Shown one piece after another: positions 13,619-26,114 of a stretch of DNA of 64,000 nucleotides. The stretch lies in assembly GCF_009914755.1 (NCBI RefSeq), contig NC_060926.1; one strand, given 5' to 3'. Position numbers and translations under genes: made by a program. Position 1 is the first letter of the stretch; each line of letters opens with the position of its first letter. The notes below the pieces were generated by a model. The model was not told where the DNA came from. It worked only from the letters and a program-made list of their open reading frames with translations, and searched no databases. This stretch comes from the human T2T-CHM13v2.0 reference genome, Homo sapiens.

Positions 13619-14519
13619 TGTTATACCCAACAGAGCCAAGAAACCTAGTGGGGAAAGGCACTCAGGGTGCAAAATATTGCTGCTGGAATGCAATTGAAAT
13701 AGGCCCTGTTATCCCATGGAACTAAGGTTTATGGTTTTTTGAATAAACTTAGAAATTGTCTCCCCCTCCCTGTCTTAAAACTCAAGATAGTTACATCTGT
13801 CTTACCTGAGTCCTTTTTTTCAGTAAACCAACCATCAGGCCTCCCAGATACTATTAAGAAGCTGAAACTTACATATCACTGAATTGGGACAGTGAGACAT
13901 CAGAACCTTCACCCACTGTGATTGCATAACTGACCTCCTGCTTCTTCTTGACCAAATTATCTTCCTTACCCCTCCCTAATTCCTGTTTTCAACATTTCTT
14001 CCCTCCTATATAAACCCCTAATTAATTTTGTCAGAGAGATACAATTGAGAATGGCGTCCCATCTCCTCGGCTGCAGCACCTGATTAAAGCCTGTTCCTTG
14101 GCAATACTTGTTGTCTTCGAGATTGGCTTTCTGTGTGGTGAGCTGCAGGATCTACACCAAGTCCCTGGTATTTCAGTAAGAAAATTCTCTGCAACCTTCA
14201 GTGCTTTGGCTTATTGTAACCTGAAATCAAATTTATCCACAATTTCTGAGATAACTTGATATAACTCTAGGATTCACTTTGTCCACCACTGTTTACCAGT
14301 CTGAGCTTGCCAGCTCCCAACCCTTCCTAGTGCCAATGAACTTTCTCAAAGTGCAATAGGTAATATTTCCCTTTTTCATGGAACACTGACTTTTTCTTTG
14401 TTCTTCCAACGTACTGAAGACCACTGAGTTTTCCTGTATGCCTCATTTGGCAAATATTTCTCTTCAAATAAAACATTAAATTTAGAGATTCATCTCTACA
14501 TTTTATTTAGACTTCAGCA
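13619..14519 (+). mobile_element. Nested LTRs: MER39-like LTR (~13695-14181) inside a MER34-like LTR
   Basis: Inner element starts tgaaataggccct and ends ttcagtaaga; outer element resumes at aattctctgcaa; same structure at 31105-31999. Confidence 0.65.
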
Positions 14520-14841
14520 GTTTATTCTAATTCTCTGTATTAAGACTATTCCTGCTTAGAATATCTATAGTGGCTTCTTCTGCATTATGATTTCCAACTG
14601 AAGCCATAAACTAGACTCCTCAGGTGTCATGATCTCTGTTTTTATTAAATAAGGAGAAGCATTGCTATGTCTGTGCAGTTGGTGCTGAGAAAGAGAAAAG
14701 AATTAGGGTGCAGAGGTGACTTCATGTCCCCATCTACCAACACCATCAGAGTGTGGCTGCATCTGAGGAACACTCTCAGCTGATGGAGGCATCAGGAGAA
14801 GCTGCTGGGGCAGCCCAGCCTCACACATCTGCTTCCCTGGG

Positions 14842-14869
14842 GGTTTATGTTTGGGTGTGTAACACTGTG
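14842..14869 (-). other. 12-RSS of IGKV1-16
   Basis: CACAGTG (14863-14869), 12-bp spacer, nonamer ACATAAACC (14842-14850). Confidence 0.96.
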
Positions 14870-15347
14870 GGAGGGTAACTATTATACTGTTGGCAGTAAT
14901 AAGTTGCAAAATCTTCAGGCTGCAGGCTGCTGATGGTGAGAGTGAAATCTGTCCCAGATCCACTGCCGCTGAACTTTGATGGGACCCCACTTTGCAAACT
15001 GGATGCAGCATAGATCAGGGACTTAGGGGCTTTCCCTGGTTTCTGCTGAAACCAGGCTAAATAATTGCTAATGCCCTGACTCGCCCGACAAGTGATGGTG
15101 ACTCTGTCTCCTACAGATGCAGACAGTGAGGATGGAGACTGGGTCATCTGGATGTCACATCTGGCACCTGAGATTGGAAACATAAAAACAAATGTCCACA
15201 CAATTAATCATGTTGTAAGAGAATTTCCCTGAATAGTAAAGCAGTACTGAGCACCCTGGGCTGAGTAAACTGCTAGTGTTCTCCATCCTTACCTGGGAAA
15301 CAGAGCAGCAGGAGCCCCAGGAGCTGAGCGAGGACTCTCATGTCCAT
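14870..15347 (-). CDS. IGKV1-16: Immunoglobulin kappa variable gene segment 1-16 (leader exon 15293-15347, V exon 14870-15167)
   Basis: Leader [22 protein letters not shown]; V region [64 protein letters not shown]...CQQYNSYP (287 nt); canonical splice sites. Confidence 0.97.
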
Positions 15348-15393
15348 GCTGTGTCCTGACTGGGTCTGATTCCTGCACAAAGTCTGACCAGCC

Positions 15394-15476
15394 TATTAAT
15401 AAGGCTTCAGGGCAGGAGGTTGTGCTCTGGGAACATGCAAATGAGCAGGGGATGGGGCAGGCTGGGCACAGCTGCA
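15394..15476 (-). promoter_or_regulatory. IGKV1-16 promoter (TATA-like, octamer, pentadecamer)
   Basis: TTATTAATA ~15394-15402; octamer ATTTGCAT 15435-15442; pentadecamer TGCAGCTGTGCCCAG 15462-15476. Confidence 0.88.
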
Positions 15477-16056
15477 GAGCTGGCGCATCTCAGTAACTCA
15501 GCACCAGCTCAGTGTCCCCACGTGTCCCAGGTAAGATCAAGGTAGCTCAAATTTGTCTGCAGAGAATGTGTTTCTACTGGGGACTATTTTGTTATGGGAA
15601 ACATTTTATGGTTTCTTTTTGACAATTTGAAATATTCCTTGGGAGTCGATGGAGCAATGTATTTCATTGGTGTATGGGGATTATTTAGGAGAATATTCTT
15701 TTTTGTAGGAAACACATAGTAAAATTTTAGACCCTACAATTTTCAGGTCTTCAAAAGACTCTCATGTGATTTCTGTTAGGGAAGGTGGTACTTATCATAT
15801 ACTTGCAACATTTCTGTGAGTTTAACATTGCTCCTTTCTAAAAAAAAATTAAAAATAAAATTTATTCACATGATGCTACATATATTTGTAAATGTTAGGT
15901 AATGGTGTTATGCCATTGTTCTTACCACTGTAAGATCAAGCAATTTACTTCAGATACACTAAGTTGATACCGTGTTTCCTCAATGCATGCAGCAATTACA
16001 GATCCACCATTATCAAGAGCTCTAGGTCTCTTTAATATCCAGAGACTAAATGGGCT

Positions 16057-16092
16057 GCACCTTATTCCTGTTTTGCACCTTATTCCTGTTTT
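16057..16092. repeat. Perfect 18-bp tandem duplication
   Basis: gcaccttattcctgtttt x2. Confidence 0.9.
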
Positions 16093-16235
16093 GGGCACCT
16101 TCATAGTCTACCTTCTTTTCTGCCATTAAGTATTATTTCCCAACATTCATCTCTCTTAGTGAGGGTGATCACTGCATGGAGCATGTCCCTGCCATGCACC
16201 ATAGGTGACACTTTCTTCTTTTACTTTTTATCAGG

Positions 16236-16543
16236 GACATCATCCTGACCCAGACACCAAGATCCCTGTTAACATCTTTTGGAAAGAGGCACTCAATCTT
16301 TTATCAAGCAACTGCCCAGGTACATGGAGAAATCAGTTGGTTCCAGATGAAACTGGACAGGGATTTGCACTCGTTATATCTCATATCTCTAATGTGCCCA
16401 AAAATGTCCCGGCCTGGTTCCGTGGGAGGGGAAGTGGATCCAACTACATCAGCATCAGTGGGCTGCAGCCTAGGACTCCATAAAATTTTACTGATGCCTG
16501 ACTAGGAGAGCCAAATCACAGTGCTGTAGCCTCTGCACAAACC
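16236..16543 (+). pseudogene. Degenerate V-kappa relic in inverted orientation with RSS (relic A)
   Basis: DIILTQTPRSLLTSFGKRHSIFYQATAQVHGEISWFQMK / frameshift / GQGFALVISHISNVPKNVPAWFRGRGSGSNYISISGLQP...FY*; CACAGTG 16517-16523, 11-bp spacer, GCACAAACC 16535-16543; pyrimidine tract plus AG upstream. Confidence 0.85.
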
Positions 16544-16589
16544 TTCCTGCTGCTTTATAAGCTGCCTGAATTTTAAGGGAAATTGCTTA

Positions 16590-17120
16590 TATTGGAAGAA
16601 AGGAAGAAAGCTCCATTTGTCCTCTAAATGTTTGCTGAAAATAAACTGACAAAAGGAAGATTAATAAGAGAAAAGGCAAACAAAATTCACTTAAAGTGCA
16701 GCAGGATATCATAGCAAGGTGATTACCCAGATAACTCAATGAGATCCAGGTGTTTATGTTTCCTTTCTAGGGAAGAGGTAATTGGGAAATGTAGGCAACC
16801 TGGAGAGAATAGATGAGAATAGAAATGCATCCTCAAAAGAACAGGTAATCACCTCCCTAGGTAAAGTATCAACTTTGAGTCTCTTCCATTTTTGATTCCT
16901 CTTTTGTGTTAATCTTCCTTGATATAAAAATTCTCAGGAAGAGTTTTCTTAAAAATTGGTTTCCTTCTGAAGAATTTGCTTTTAGGCAGGTAGGGGATAT
17001 TTAGGAAAAGCCCCCTGTGCATTTCCTGCTTTCTAAATGCCTTTGGTTTTATATAATCATCATACAAATGCAGCACAGTTTGAGATGTTATTTTCTGGAT
17101 TCCTTTACTTGCAACCCACC
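16590..17120 (-). mobile_element. Probable ERV1-type solo LTR
   Basis: MER4-group LTR-like sequence (ctgacaaaaggaagattaataagagaaaaggca...ttttctggattcc); family not determined. Confidence 0.5.
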
Positions 17121-17165
17121 TGCCAAGATCCTGTTCCAGAGAGATGTGGCTACAGACTGAAAGAG

Positions 17166-17504
17166 CAGTTGTCCCCTCAACAACGTGGAGGTTGGGGCAC
17201 TGACCACTGGTGCAGATGAAAACCTGTGTAGAACTTTTGCATCTCCAAGTTATGTAGTAATAGATTACTTTTGACTGGAAGCCTTAATGATAAAATAAAT
17301 AGTTGATTAACCCTTTTTTATGTTATACATATTATATACTCTATTCTTCCAATAAAGTATGCTAAAGAAAAAATGTTATTGAGAAAACCTTAAAAATGAG
17401 AAAATATATTTAGTACTTATTAAGCGCTTGCTCACAGGTGACACACAGAAGAAAATATAAGTGGATCTGCAAATTTCAAACCCAAGTTATTCAAGGGTTA
17501 ACTG
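17166..17504 (-). mobile_element. Tigger2-derived MITE (Tigger2a/MER28-like)
   Basis: Terminal inverted repeats cagttgtcccctcaacaac ... gttattcaagggttaactg followed by TA. Confidence 0.75.
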
Positions 17505-17679
17505 TACCATGATGAATGTAGCAGTCCCCATCTATAGTCTAGGGCTTTTCCCTTTGCTGTATCTCTGCTCATTTCCAATGGCTATATATATGTCTTATGT
17601 GCTTCATGATCTTGGGCAGAGAGGTCTGCTTGCATGCCTTGCTGGCCAGATGGCCTGCAATGTGTATCTCTTAGGAAAG

Positions 17680-18080
17680 TGCTATGGTTTGACTGTGTCC
17701 TCCAGAATCCATCGTTGTAAAGTTAAATCTCAGTGAAATGGTATTGCCAGGTGGGGCCTATTGAGATGTGTTAGATCATGAGGGTGGAGCCCTCTAGTGG
17801 AATACCTTAATGCCACTATAAACAGGGTTTATGGGGCTGGAATCTCTCTGTCTCTTCTGCTGGTCTGTCATGTTAAGACATGGCCTTCGTTCCTTTGAAG
17901 GACTGAAAGCTCCAGGCGTCATCTTGAAAGCAGAGAAAGACGACCTTAACCTGCCCATGCCTTGATCTTAAATTTCCCATTCTCCAGAAATGTGAGAAAA
18001 TAAATTTCTGTTCTTTATGAATTACACAGTGTCAAGGAACCTAACCTGTTATAGCAGCTTGAAAGAGAACAAGAGAGACA
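17680..18080 (+). mobile_element. MaLR LTR (MLT1A/MST-like)
   Basis: tgctatggtttgactgtgtcc...gatcatgagggtggagccctc...aataaatttctgttctttatgaattac...gaca. Confidence 0.8.
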
Positions 18081-18496
18081 GCTCACAATCAGTGAGGACA
18101 GAATGAGGTGTATACATACCTTAGCTTCCTCGTCTCTCAGGTGGAATAGCCCAGAGGAATTTAGTCCATGTTTCCACATGTGGTTGATCTTCAGTTATCC
18201 TGAGTCAGGTGGGTTGTTGATGTGTCTTTTACCATTCATCTTCTGTTCCCTCCCTCACTTTCTTCCTTTCCTCCCAGTGTAAATTTGCTGCCTAAACAGG
18301 AATCCTCATTGCTGGTGGACCCAAACTAAGATAGTAAATAAAATCATTAATCTTTTGTATGAGGGGTATTTCTCATCTGAATTCTTTTATCATTTCCCTT
18401 TCTTTGACATGTAGGAATATTCAGGAAACACACAATTTTTTTTTTAACCAATCTATTTTAGATTGAATTTATGCGGTGATTTTTTGTGTGTGTGTG

Positions 18497-19337
18497 TTAA
18501 AACAAAAAATTACGTTGTAAGCCACTAACCAGCTGAACGGACTCCTCTTTTGGTAGAGAGAACTTCAAAGAAATCTGAAAAACTAGGTTAGGCCATGACT
18601 GGCAGGTGGGTTTAGATGTACCTCATTATATGGTCCTTCCTTTGGAGTTCAGACACAACTGACCAGCATTATCATTACAACAGAGATCTTTGGATTGACA
18701 AAACAGATGCTTTGTAGCAATAAGATACCATACTCCAACACGACAGATAATAGGCCCTGAAGAAAATCAAAATATTTTACCCTAAAAGTATTTCTTTGAC
18801 ATATTCTGAAGTGGCCCTGCAAGCTGCCTGTTGTGGGGGAAATTTGCATTCTGCAGAGAATCTCCTCCCCTTACTAAGTCTTTTCCAAAGAGTCTGACAT
18901 TTTTTTTAAGGTCTGATAAACAACATTAGCCACCTACTTTGTTTGCTACCCATAGGATTCATCTAGGTGACAAGAACCTTTGCTTCCACACCCCCTTTTC
19001 TAAACTCAAGCATTTCTTTATGATGAATTCAAGTGTTTAGGCAGAGCTTAACTCTTTCAACCAGTTGGCAGTCAGGAAATCTTTGAATCCACCTATGACC
19101 TGGAAGCCCCTACTTCAAGCTATCCCACCTTTCCAGGACAAACTAATGTAAATCTTATATGTATTGATTTATGTCTTTCCCTGTAATTTCTGTCTCTCCA
19201 AAGTATTTAAATGTGTATTCTTGTCACCCTGGGCACATGTTTGCAGGACATCCTAAGGCTGTGTCACAGGCCATAAGCTTTGGGAAAATAAACCTATAAA
19301 TTGATTGAGACCCGTCTCAGATACTGTTTTGTTTATA
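18497..19337 (+). mobile_element. MER4-family LTR
   Basis: MER4-like motifs and 3' end aaataaacctataaattgattgagacccgtctcagatact. Confidence 0.7.
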
Positions 19338-19613
19338 CTGGTCACAAACTTAAAAATCCTCTAAAACAATCTACACATCAATAAATCTACATTAGAGACA
19401 GTGGAATGATCATACCTTAACAGTTAAAGCTCACAATTTAAAGGAACCTGAGTCTAAGATTTTGGCCAGCTCTCTTGCTTCATAAAAAATACTTCGTGAT
19501 TTTTAAAATTTTACTTTAGAGAAAGGCAATTTGGGGGAATATATTTATTGTCAATGGGATGAATAATGTCTCTACCCTAAAAGATGTCCATGTCCTCATC
19601 TCTGGAACCCAAG

Positions 19614-20238
19614 TGTTACAGGAGTTATTAAGAAATTATTTTAGGCAGATAGGAAAAGAGTGTCCTTGGTAAGGTTTTCTTTCCTTTAAAGCAGCTCCAG
19701 AAACGTTTCTTGTCTAGCAGGAAAGCCCTGGCTCTTAGAGCCAGGCTGGGAAGCTTTGATTTGCAAATTCCGGCCATTAGAAACTGAGTCCAGCCAAACC
19801 TGTCAATTCCCACCATCTTCTTCCTTGCCCCCACATGTGCCTGACAACAAGGCTGCCCCCACATATCCCCATGTGTAGAGAATATTTTGGCACCCTGCAT
19901 TTGCATATTAAAAGTCTTGTTGGGAAGGCCAGTTATTTTGCAGGCTTCATGAATGGCATGCCTGGTCAAACCAGTCCCTAGAGCCCTATATAAATCAGAC
20001 ACCACCTCCTCCAGCCTCCTCATATAAGAGCCACTTTTCTGCTGCAATGGAGTTTTGTCTTTGTTGGAATCCCTCCTCCCTCTGTCTCTGTGTGGGGGAG
20101 CTGTTTTCTTCTTCCTTCCTTCTTGCATATTAAACCTTTCTCTCCCTAAAACCACTCCACGTGTGTCTGTGTTGTTTTATCCAAAGTGGTGTGAGACCAA
20201 GAACCCTGGTGTTCCTCCAGTCAACGGAGCCGTATCAT
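19614..20238 (+). mobile_element. ERV1 solo LTR (MER61/LTR25-like) nested in an MLT1 LTR
   Basis: tgttacaggagttattaagaaattattttaggcagatag...ggagccgtatca; MLT1-like sequence on both sides. Confidence 0.65.
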
Positions 20239-21199
20239 AAAAATTCTACCTTACATAGCAAAAAGAGAACTTGACAGATATAAGTGAAGAATAAGCGACC
20301 CAGTTATCTAGATGAAACCAATATGATCACAAAGGTCCTTAAAATAAAAGAGGAGGCTTGCAGTCAGAGAGGAGCTGGGACAATGGAGAGGGATGTGGTT
20401 TGAAGAGGGAACGGGTTACTCTGCTACAAAAAAAAATATGACCACGGGGGTACTTTGCTTAAAAAATATCCCAGAATGTCCTGCTATACTTAGAGAGCAT
20501 TTGCTTCCCAAATAGAAAATGAAGGCCTCCTTCATTTCACACCAGTTTCTGCTACATGCACTGTATCGCTCTGTTGCTTGGTGTCTACGCACTTAGAACT
20601 GCTCTGTCTTCTTTCCGAAATGACTTTCTTCATTATGTAATGTACATTTCTGTCACTGGTAACATTCTTGGCTTTGTAGTCTACTTTATCTGATATTAGT
20701 ATTTGCTACTGATTCATTTTATTAATTTTGCATACTATGCCATTTTCTTTTCTTTTATATTGAGTCTACTTCTAGTGTCATATTTGATGTGAGTGTCTTA
20801 TAGACAGTATACTGTTCGGACATTCCTTTTTGATTCATCAATTGCTGTCTGTTATAATTTACTAATTTGCATATTTAATATATCGATAATTATTGATATA
20901 CTAAGATTTAAGTCTTTGCTCTACTTTTTTGCTGTATCTTTTTTTGCTTCTCCGTTTTCTTTTTGCTGCCTTCCTTTGGGTTACTTGAACATTTTTAGAA
21001 TTTCATTTTAATTTTACCTAATTTGAGGGTATCTCTTTTTATAGTGATTTTTAAATTGGTTGTCATGGTATTTCCTTTATATCCATAGCTTCTCACAGTA
21101 TGTTGGTGTCATAATATTACCATTTAAAATAAATATAAAATTTTACCTTGTTTTATGTCATTTTTCTTCCCCCATTAGTAATAGATTGTGCACATATAC

Positions 21200-21413
21200 T
21201 CATGTACCCTTCACACCATCTCTAGCCTACTTATAATACCTGACGCGATATGTATACATGACTTAACCTGTGTGGATTCAACCAAGTGGTACTAAGCACA
21301 TGGTGAAGTCAAGTTTTTCTTTTTGGAACTTTGTGGATTTTTTTTCTATATATTTTTGATCCAGGTTTAGTTGAATCCATGGATGCAGATCCCATGGATA
21401 GAGAGATGACTAT
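21200..21413. mobile_element. MER2-like (Tigger-type) DNA transposon fragment
   Basis: End motif gttgaatccatggatgcagatcccatggatagagagatgactata. Confidence 0.6.
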
Positions 21414-22799
21414 ACTGCTCCTTATAACTCTGAGGATCAACTCTGTGGTTCCTCCATTCTGGGCTGGCTGAACTGATCTCTGCTGAGCCTGCTCATGTGT
21501 CTGCAGTTACCCTGTGGTTCAGTTGTGACTAGATGGTCTGATATGACTTGTTTAACCTATCTGGAAGCTGATTTGATGTGCAGGTTGGACAACATTTGGT
21601 TTCGGTTTACATAGGTCAGGGAGATGGGGCCTGTTCCCCAACCTCTATTCAGTTCGTTTCTAGATCAACTCAGGAGTTCGTCTATTCATTGTAGGTTGTT
21701 TGGGGGAAATTCCACACAGAACATTGGTAATGAAGAAGCTGAACTGCTGTCATCAGTTATTGTTATCATCTGAAATGCATCATATATTACCAAAGTCTCC
21801 CCAGGGTGGCCCAACAGTGCAGCTCAGCTCACCCCATCCAGTCACTTCCCTGGTTGCCTGCAGGTGTGAGAAAGGCAATGTGCTCAGTCACAGGAAAGAC
21901 AGGGGCCCTCCCTGGTGCTGAAACCTGCAGATAGTTTTCACACAGTTTCATTCCAAAATACAAAGACTTCATTTTCTTTGTCTTTAAAATAGTTATACAT
22001 TTTCTTTCTATAATGTCCCCATGCTTTTCAACTAATTTGAATTTTCAGAACTGGAAGTATTTATTATTTCTGTGTTAGATGCTCTTAGTCACTTATGGCA
22101 AGAGTGAGTTAATAGAGACAGGATATGGATTAGCCATAGAACAATACAGAAGTGTGTGGATTCAGATAGGATAAAGATCAAAGCGGTGACAAATACATTC
22201 TTTTGAAGCGGATTCTCATAGGTCACCAGTCAATGTCCGCATTCAAGGTGCGATGATGTGTCAGCTACATTGTGCAAATGGTCAGCTCTGCAGAGTAAAC
22301 TTGGACAGCACACTACAGGACCAAAATTACCTGTAAAGGTATGGGGAAAATAAACCATCATAGAAAAAATAGTGTGAAGGAGTTCTCGGTTATTTATACT
22401 TGGATATCAAGCAGAACACTATAATCAATGAAGCTATAACCTAAAAACTTTAAGACTTTTAAAGAGGTTTCCCTTTTCTCAGGGTATTTCTCAGGAAAAA
22501 ATTTATAAATTATGGATAAACTACTTGCACAATTAGCTACAATAAATCCCTTCCCTGCACTCATCCTTTGGTTGGCCTCATTCTAAATGGACTCAGGTGT
22601 TACCCATGTGTCTTGCTCAGGCCAATAGGATAATAGCAGATGTGACAGAATTGGAATATTGGAAAGGGCTTGCACATCGAAGCTTTCCTCTCTTTCACAG
22701 TGCTTGGAAACCCTAAGGTCACAATGAGAATAAGCCTGTGCCCATCTCCATTCAATGTCAGTGGCATGGCTGCTCTTAGGTCTATTATTTGTTCTTAAA

Positions 22800-23380
22800 A
22801 TGTGTGTTCAGTTTGTTATAAACATGTAAGAAATTACCTGCAAATTTATCAACTTAAGACTACACCCATTTATAATCTCTCAATTTCTGAGTCAGCAGTC
22901 AGCACATGGCTTTGCTGGATCCTGCCCATTGGATTTCACAAGACTGTGCCACAGTGTAGACTGTTCTTCATTCTCACCTGAGACTCCCTGAGAAGAGAGA
23001 TATTTTAGAGCTCTTTCAGGTAGTTGCAGAGCCCATGCCTTAGCACCTCTGTGACTCAGGGCTTCAGCTTCTTACTGGCTCTTGGCTCAAGGCTGCTCTC
23101 AGGTCCCAGAGGCTGTGGACAATTCCCTGCCATGTGATGCTCACACAGGCAATGCCCACATGGCTGGTTGTTTGTTCAAGGCCAGCAGAAGGTTTCAGAG
23201 AGTGTCTCTTTCCAGTCTGCTATGACAGAGGCTTACAGAATACAATACAATCATTGGAAAGACATCTCATAACCTCTGCCATACCATATGGGTTAGAAGC
23301 AAGCCTAAGTTCTACCTGTTCTCTGTGGAGGTAGATCACACAATGCCATGACTCACTGGAGACAGGTTTCTGCTAGGGTG
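22800..23380 (-). mobile_element. MaLR LTR (MLT1-type)
   Basis: Antisense MLT1 motifs (cccatttataatctctcaatttctg...ttagaagcaagcctaagttctacc). Confidence 0.6.
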
Positions 23381-23491
23381 TTCTGGCATCTTTAGTTTCC
23401 TCAAATATCAGGGTACTCGTACTGAGTGTGAAATCTCTCCTACATCTACTTCATCGTGCTGTGTCTGACTGATCAGACATTTGACACATGA

Positions 23492-23785
<294 letters not shown>

Positions 23786-25809
23786 TACTTTAGTTTTTAA
23801 GTAGATTTAATGAAATCTATTTAGTAGCCAAAAGCCAAGAATGCCAATAGTTTTACCTGGCTACTCTCTGAAACAATGGTATTAAAAAGGGTCTTTCCAG
23901 CCCCTTTCCAGCAGAAAGACAGGTGCTAAGAAACAGTGGAAGTGTGAAGGTGGGGGAAGGGAGAGAAACAGTTTTTATATACCTAAACTAACCCAGCTGC
24001 ATGTAAACCAGTAACTACTCATCAAAATAAAATACAGAAAGCATATTAGTTTTGGTTTGGTGTGAACCAGCCTTAAATACAAAGTTGTTACACTGAATGG
24101 GTTTAATTGACCAAAATGCGTAGGGAAGGCAGAAAGGATTAGGATGCCCTTCTACTCAGCTTTATCTGCTGTCAAGTCTGGTTCCTCAGGGGACACATGG
24201 ATCCCCTCCATTGTCCTGCAGATTCTGCCAGGCCAAGGCTGTTAAATCTGGCGGGGTCTCATGTGTGGACTTCTGGGTGTATACAGGGAGAAACTAGAGA
24301 AAGGCCGAGCAGATTTTTACTGCATGTAGGTAATCTACGTGGGCTTTTAGAGAAAAAAGGCTTTAGATAAAAAGTGTTTGACAAAGTCACACATGGTTTG
24401 TAAAAAAACAAAAAATAAAATACAACTTGAAAACTCTTGGAGAAGTGACACTTTAGTTTCCCAAATCACTCTTCTTCATACACTTCCACTTAGCTTTTTT
24501 TCACCTTCTAGCTCTGTGGTCTTAGAAGGACATGCACTTAAAATAATTTGTTTCCATAGGAATCCAACAAGTAAAAGCATAAACAACATCAAATAAACTA
24601 CATCATTAGCATAGAAGCATGTCAAAGAAACTGAGATTAGATTTTGAGTTTTGGCACAAGTATTAGAGAAATAGAGAAAAGATTTAAAAGATAGAATAAG
24701 ACTTACACAAGAAAGCAGGACAGCAATACGACAATTGAACCTATCATAGAATAATAGGTTGTGATAATGGATGGTGAGAAGAAATGCATTGGACAGACAT
24801 GCATGGGCATGATTGATTTGAGCAATTTAGCATGGATCAAGACAAAATCTTTAGGATTTAAAGGGCTGTGAGCTGGGTAGTAAAAAGCCCCATTTTAGCA
24901 CCTCTTGGGGCTGTAGATGGAAAGAACTTGGATTTAAAACTATTTTCAATAAGTGTCTGCTAAGTGCTAAGTATTATAGCTATAAGGATACCTAAATTAA
25001 TAGAAGCACATATTATCTGTTGGATATATTCTAAATCTTTTACCTTGTTTAAATTGTAAACCGACCTATGAGGTAGAACCTATTATTGTCACAGCATTGC
25101 GGGTATAGAAAAGGAGGCAAAGGGGGGTTAAGTTACTTTACTAATGTCACACAACATGTAAGCGGTAAAGCTCCATCCCCAACCCCAAGGGTTTGACTTC
25201 AGGGCCTGCCAAGACAACATCTGGACTGTTGCATGGATCTTGCCTGGCTGTACATGAAGCTCTAATTCCAGGATGGATGAAGATTCCATTAGAACTTGGA
25301 GTAGCATTAATAAAATTGCTTCCTTGAGACCAGGCGAAGTGTCCAGAAAGCAAAGGAGTTTAACTGCTTAAAGGAAAGGTGCAGATTTGTAGGAAATGAA
25401 GCTCTGGACTGTGAACAGAGTTTTTCAAAACAATTAAGGAGAAGAGAAATTGAGTCTAGTTTGATAGATGTGTTGTGCAGAGTGAGTGTAGTGGAGATTA
25501 GAGAATCAGCCAAGGAATTATCCCCTGCCTTCATGGATGGCATCAACATCTGTCTTCATGGCAATTGTATTGGCAGCCTGAGTGTCAGAGCCTGGGTCCT
25601 GCCCATCCATGCAGCTGTGGTCACCTTTGCACCTGCAGTGCTGGAGTTACTTGAGTGTTACTCTTTGAGGTAGCTTCAGGACACTTGGTAAAAATCACTA
25701 AGTGGCAAGTGAAAGGCTTGGAAGAAAAGTTCTAATCAGCTCTTCATTCCCACCTGATGCAATTTTTGCTGCTGCTGGGACCCCAAGTTCTTTGTCTCCT
25801 CCCCGCCGC

Positions 25810-26114
<305 letters not shown>

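Larger units (their letters stand above)
9518..15890 (+). repeat. Direct segmental duplication, copy 1 (IGKV1-16 unit)
   Basis: Colinear, high similarity to 26901-33372 (paired ORFs 10831/28197, 11081/28447, 14845/32327). Confidence 0.95.

Noticed and set aside
19628-20155. Longest ORF in the window (175 aa)
   Set aside because: Lies wholly antisense within a solo LTR and has no recognisable protein motif
25461-25745. Faint histone H2A-like words (AAVV..APAVLEL, NQLF)
   Set aside because: Needs several frameshifts, lacks the GLQFPVGR and PRHLQL cores, and has no poly-A or TSD; a tBLASTn with H2A variants would be needed to revive it
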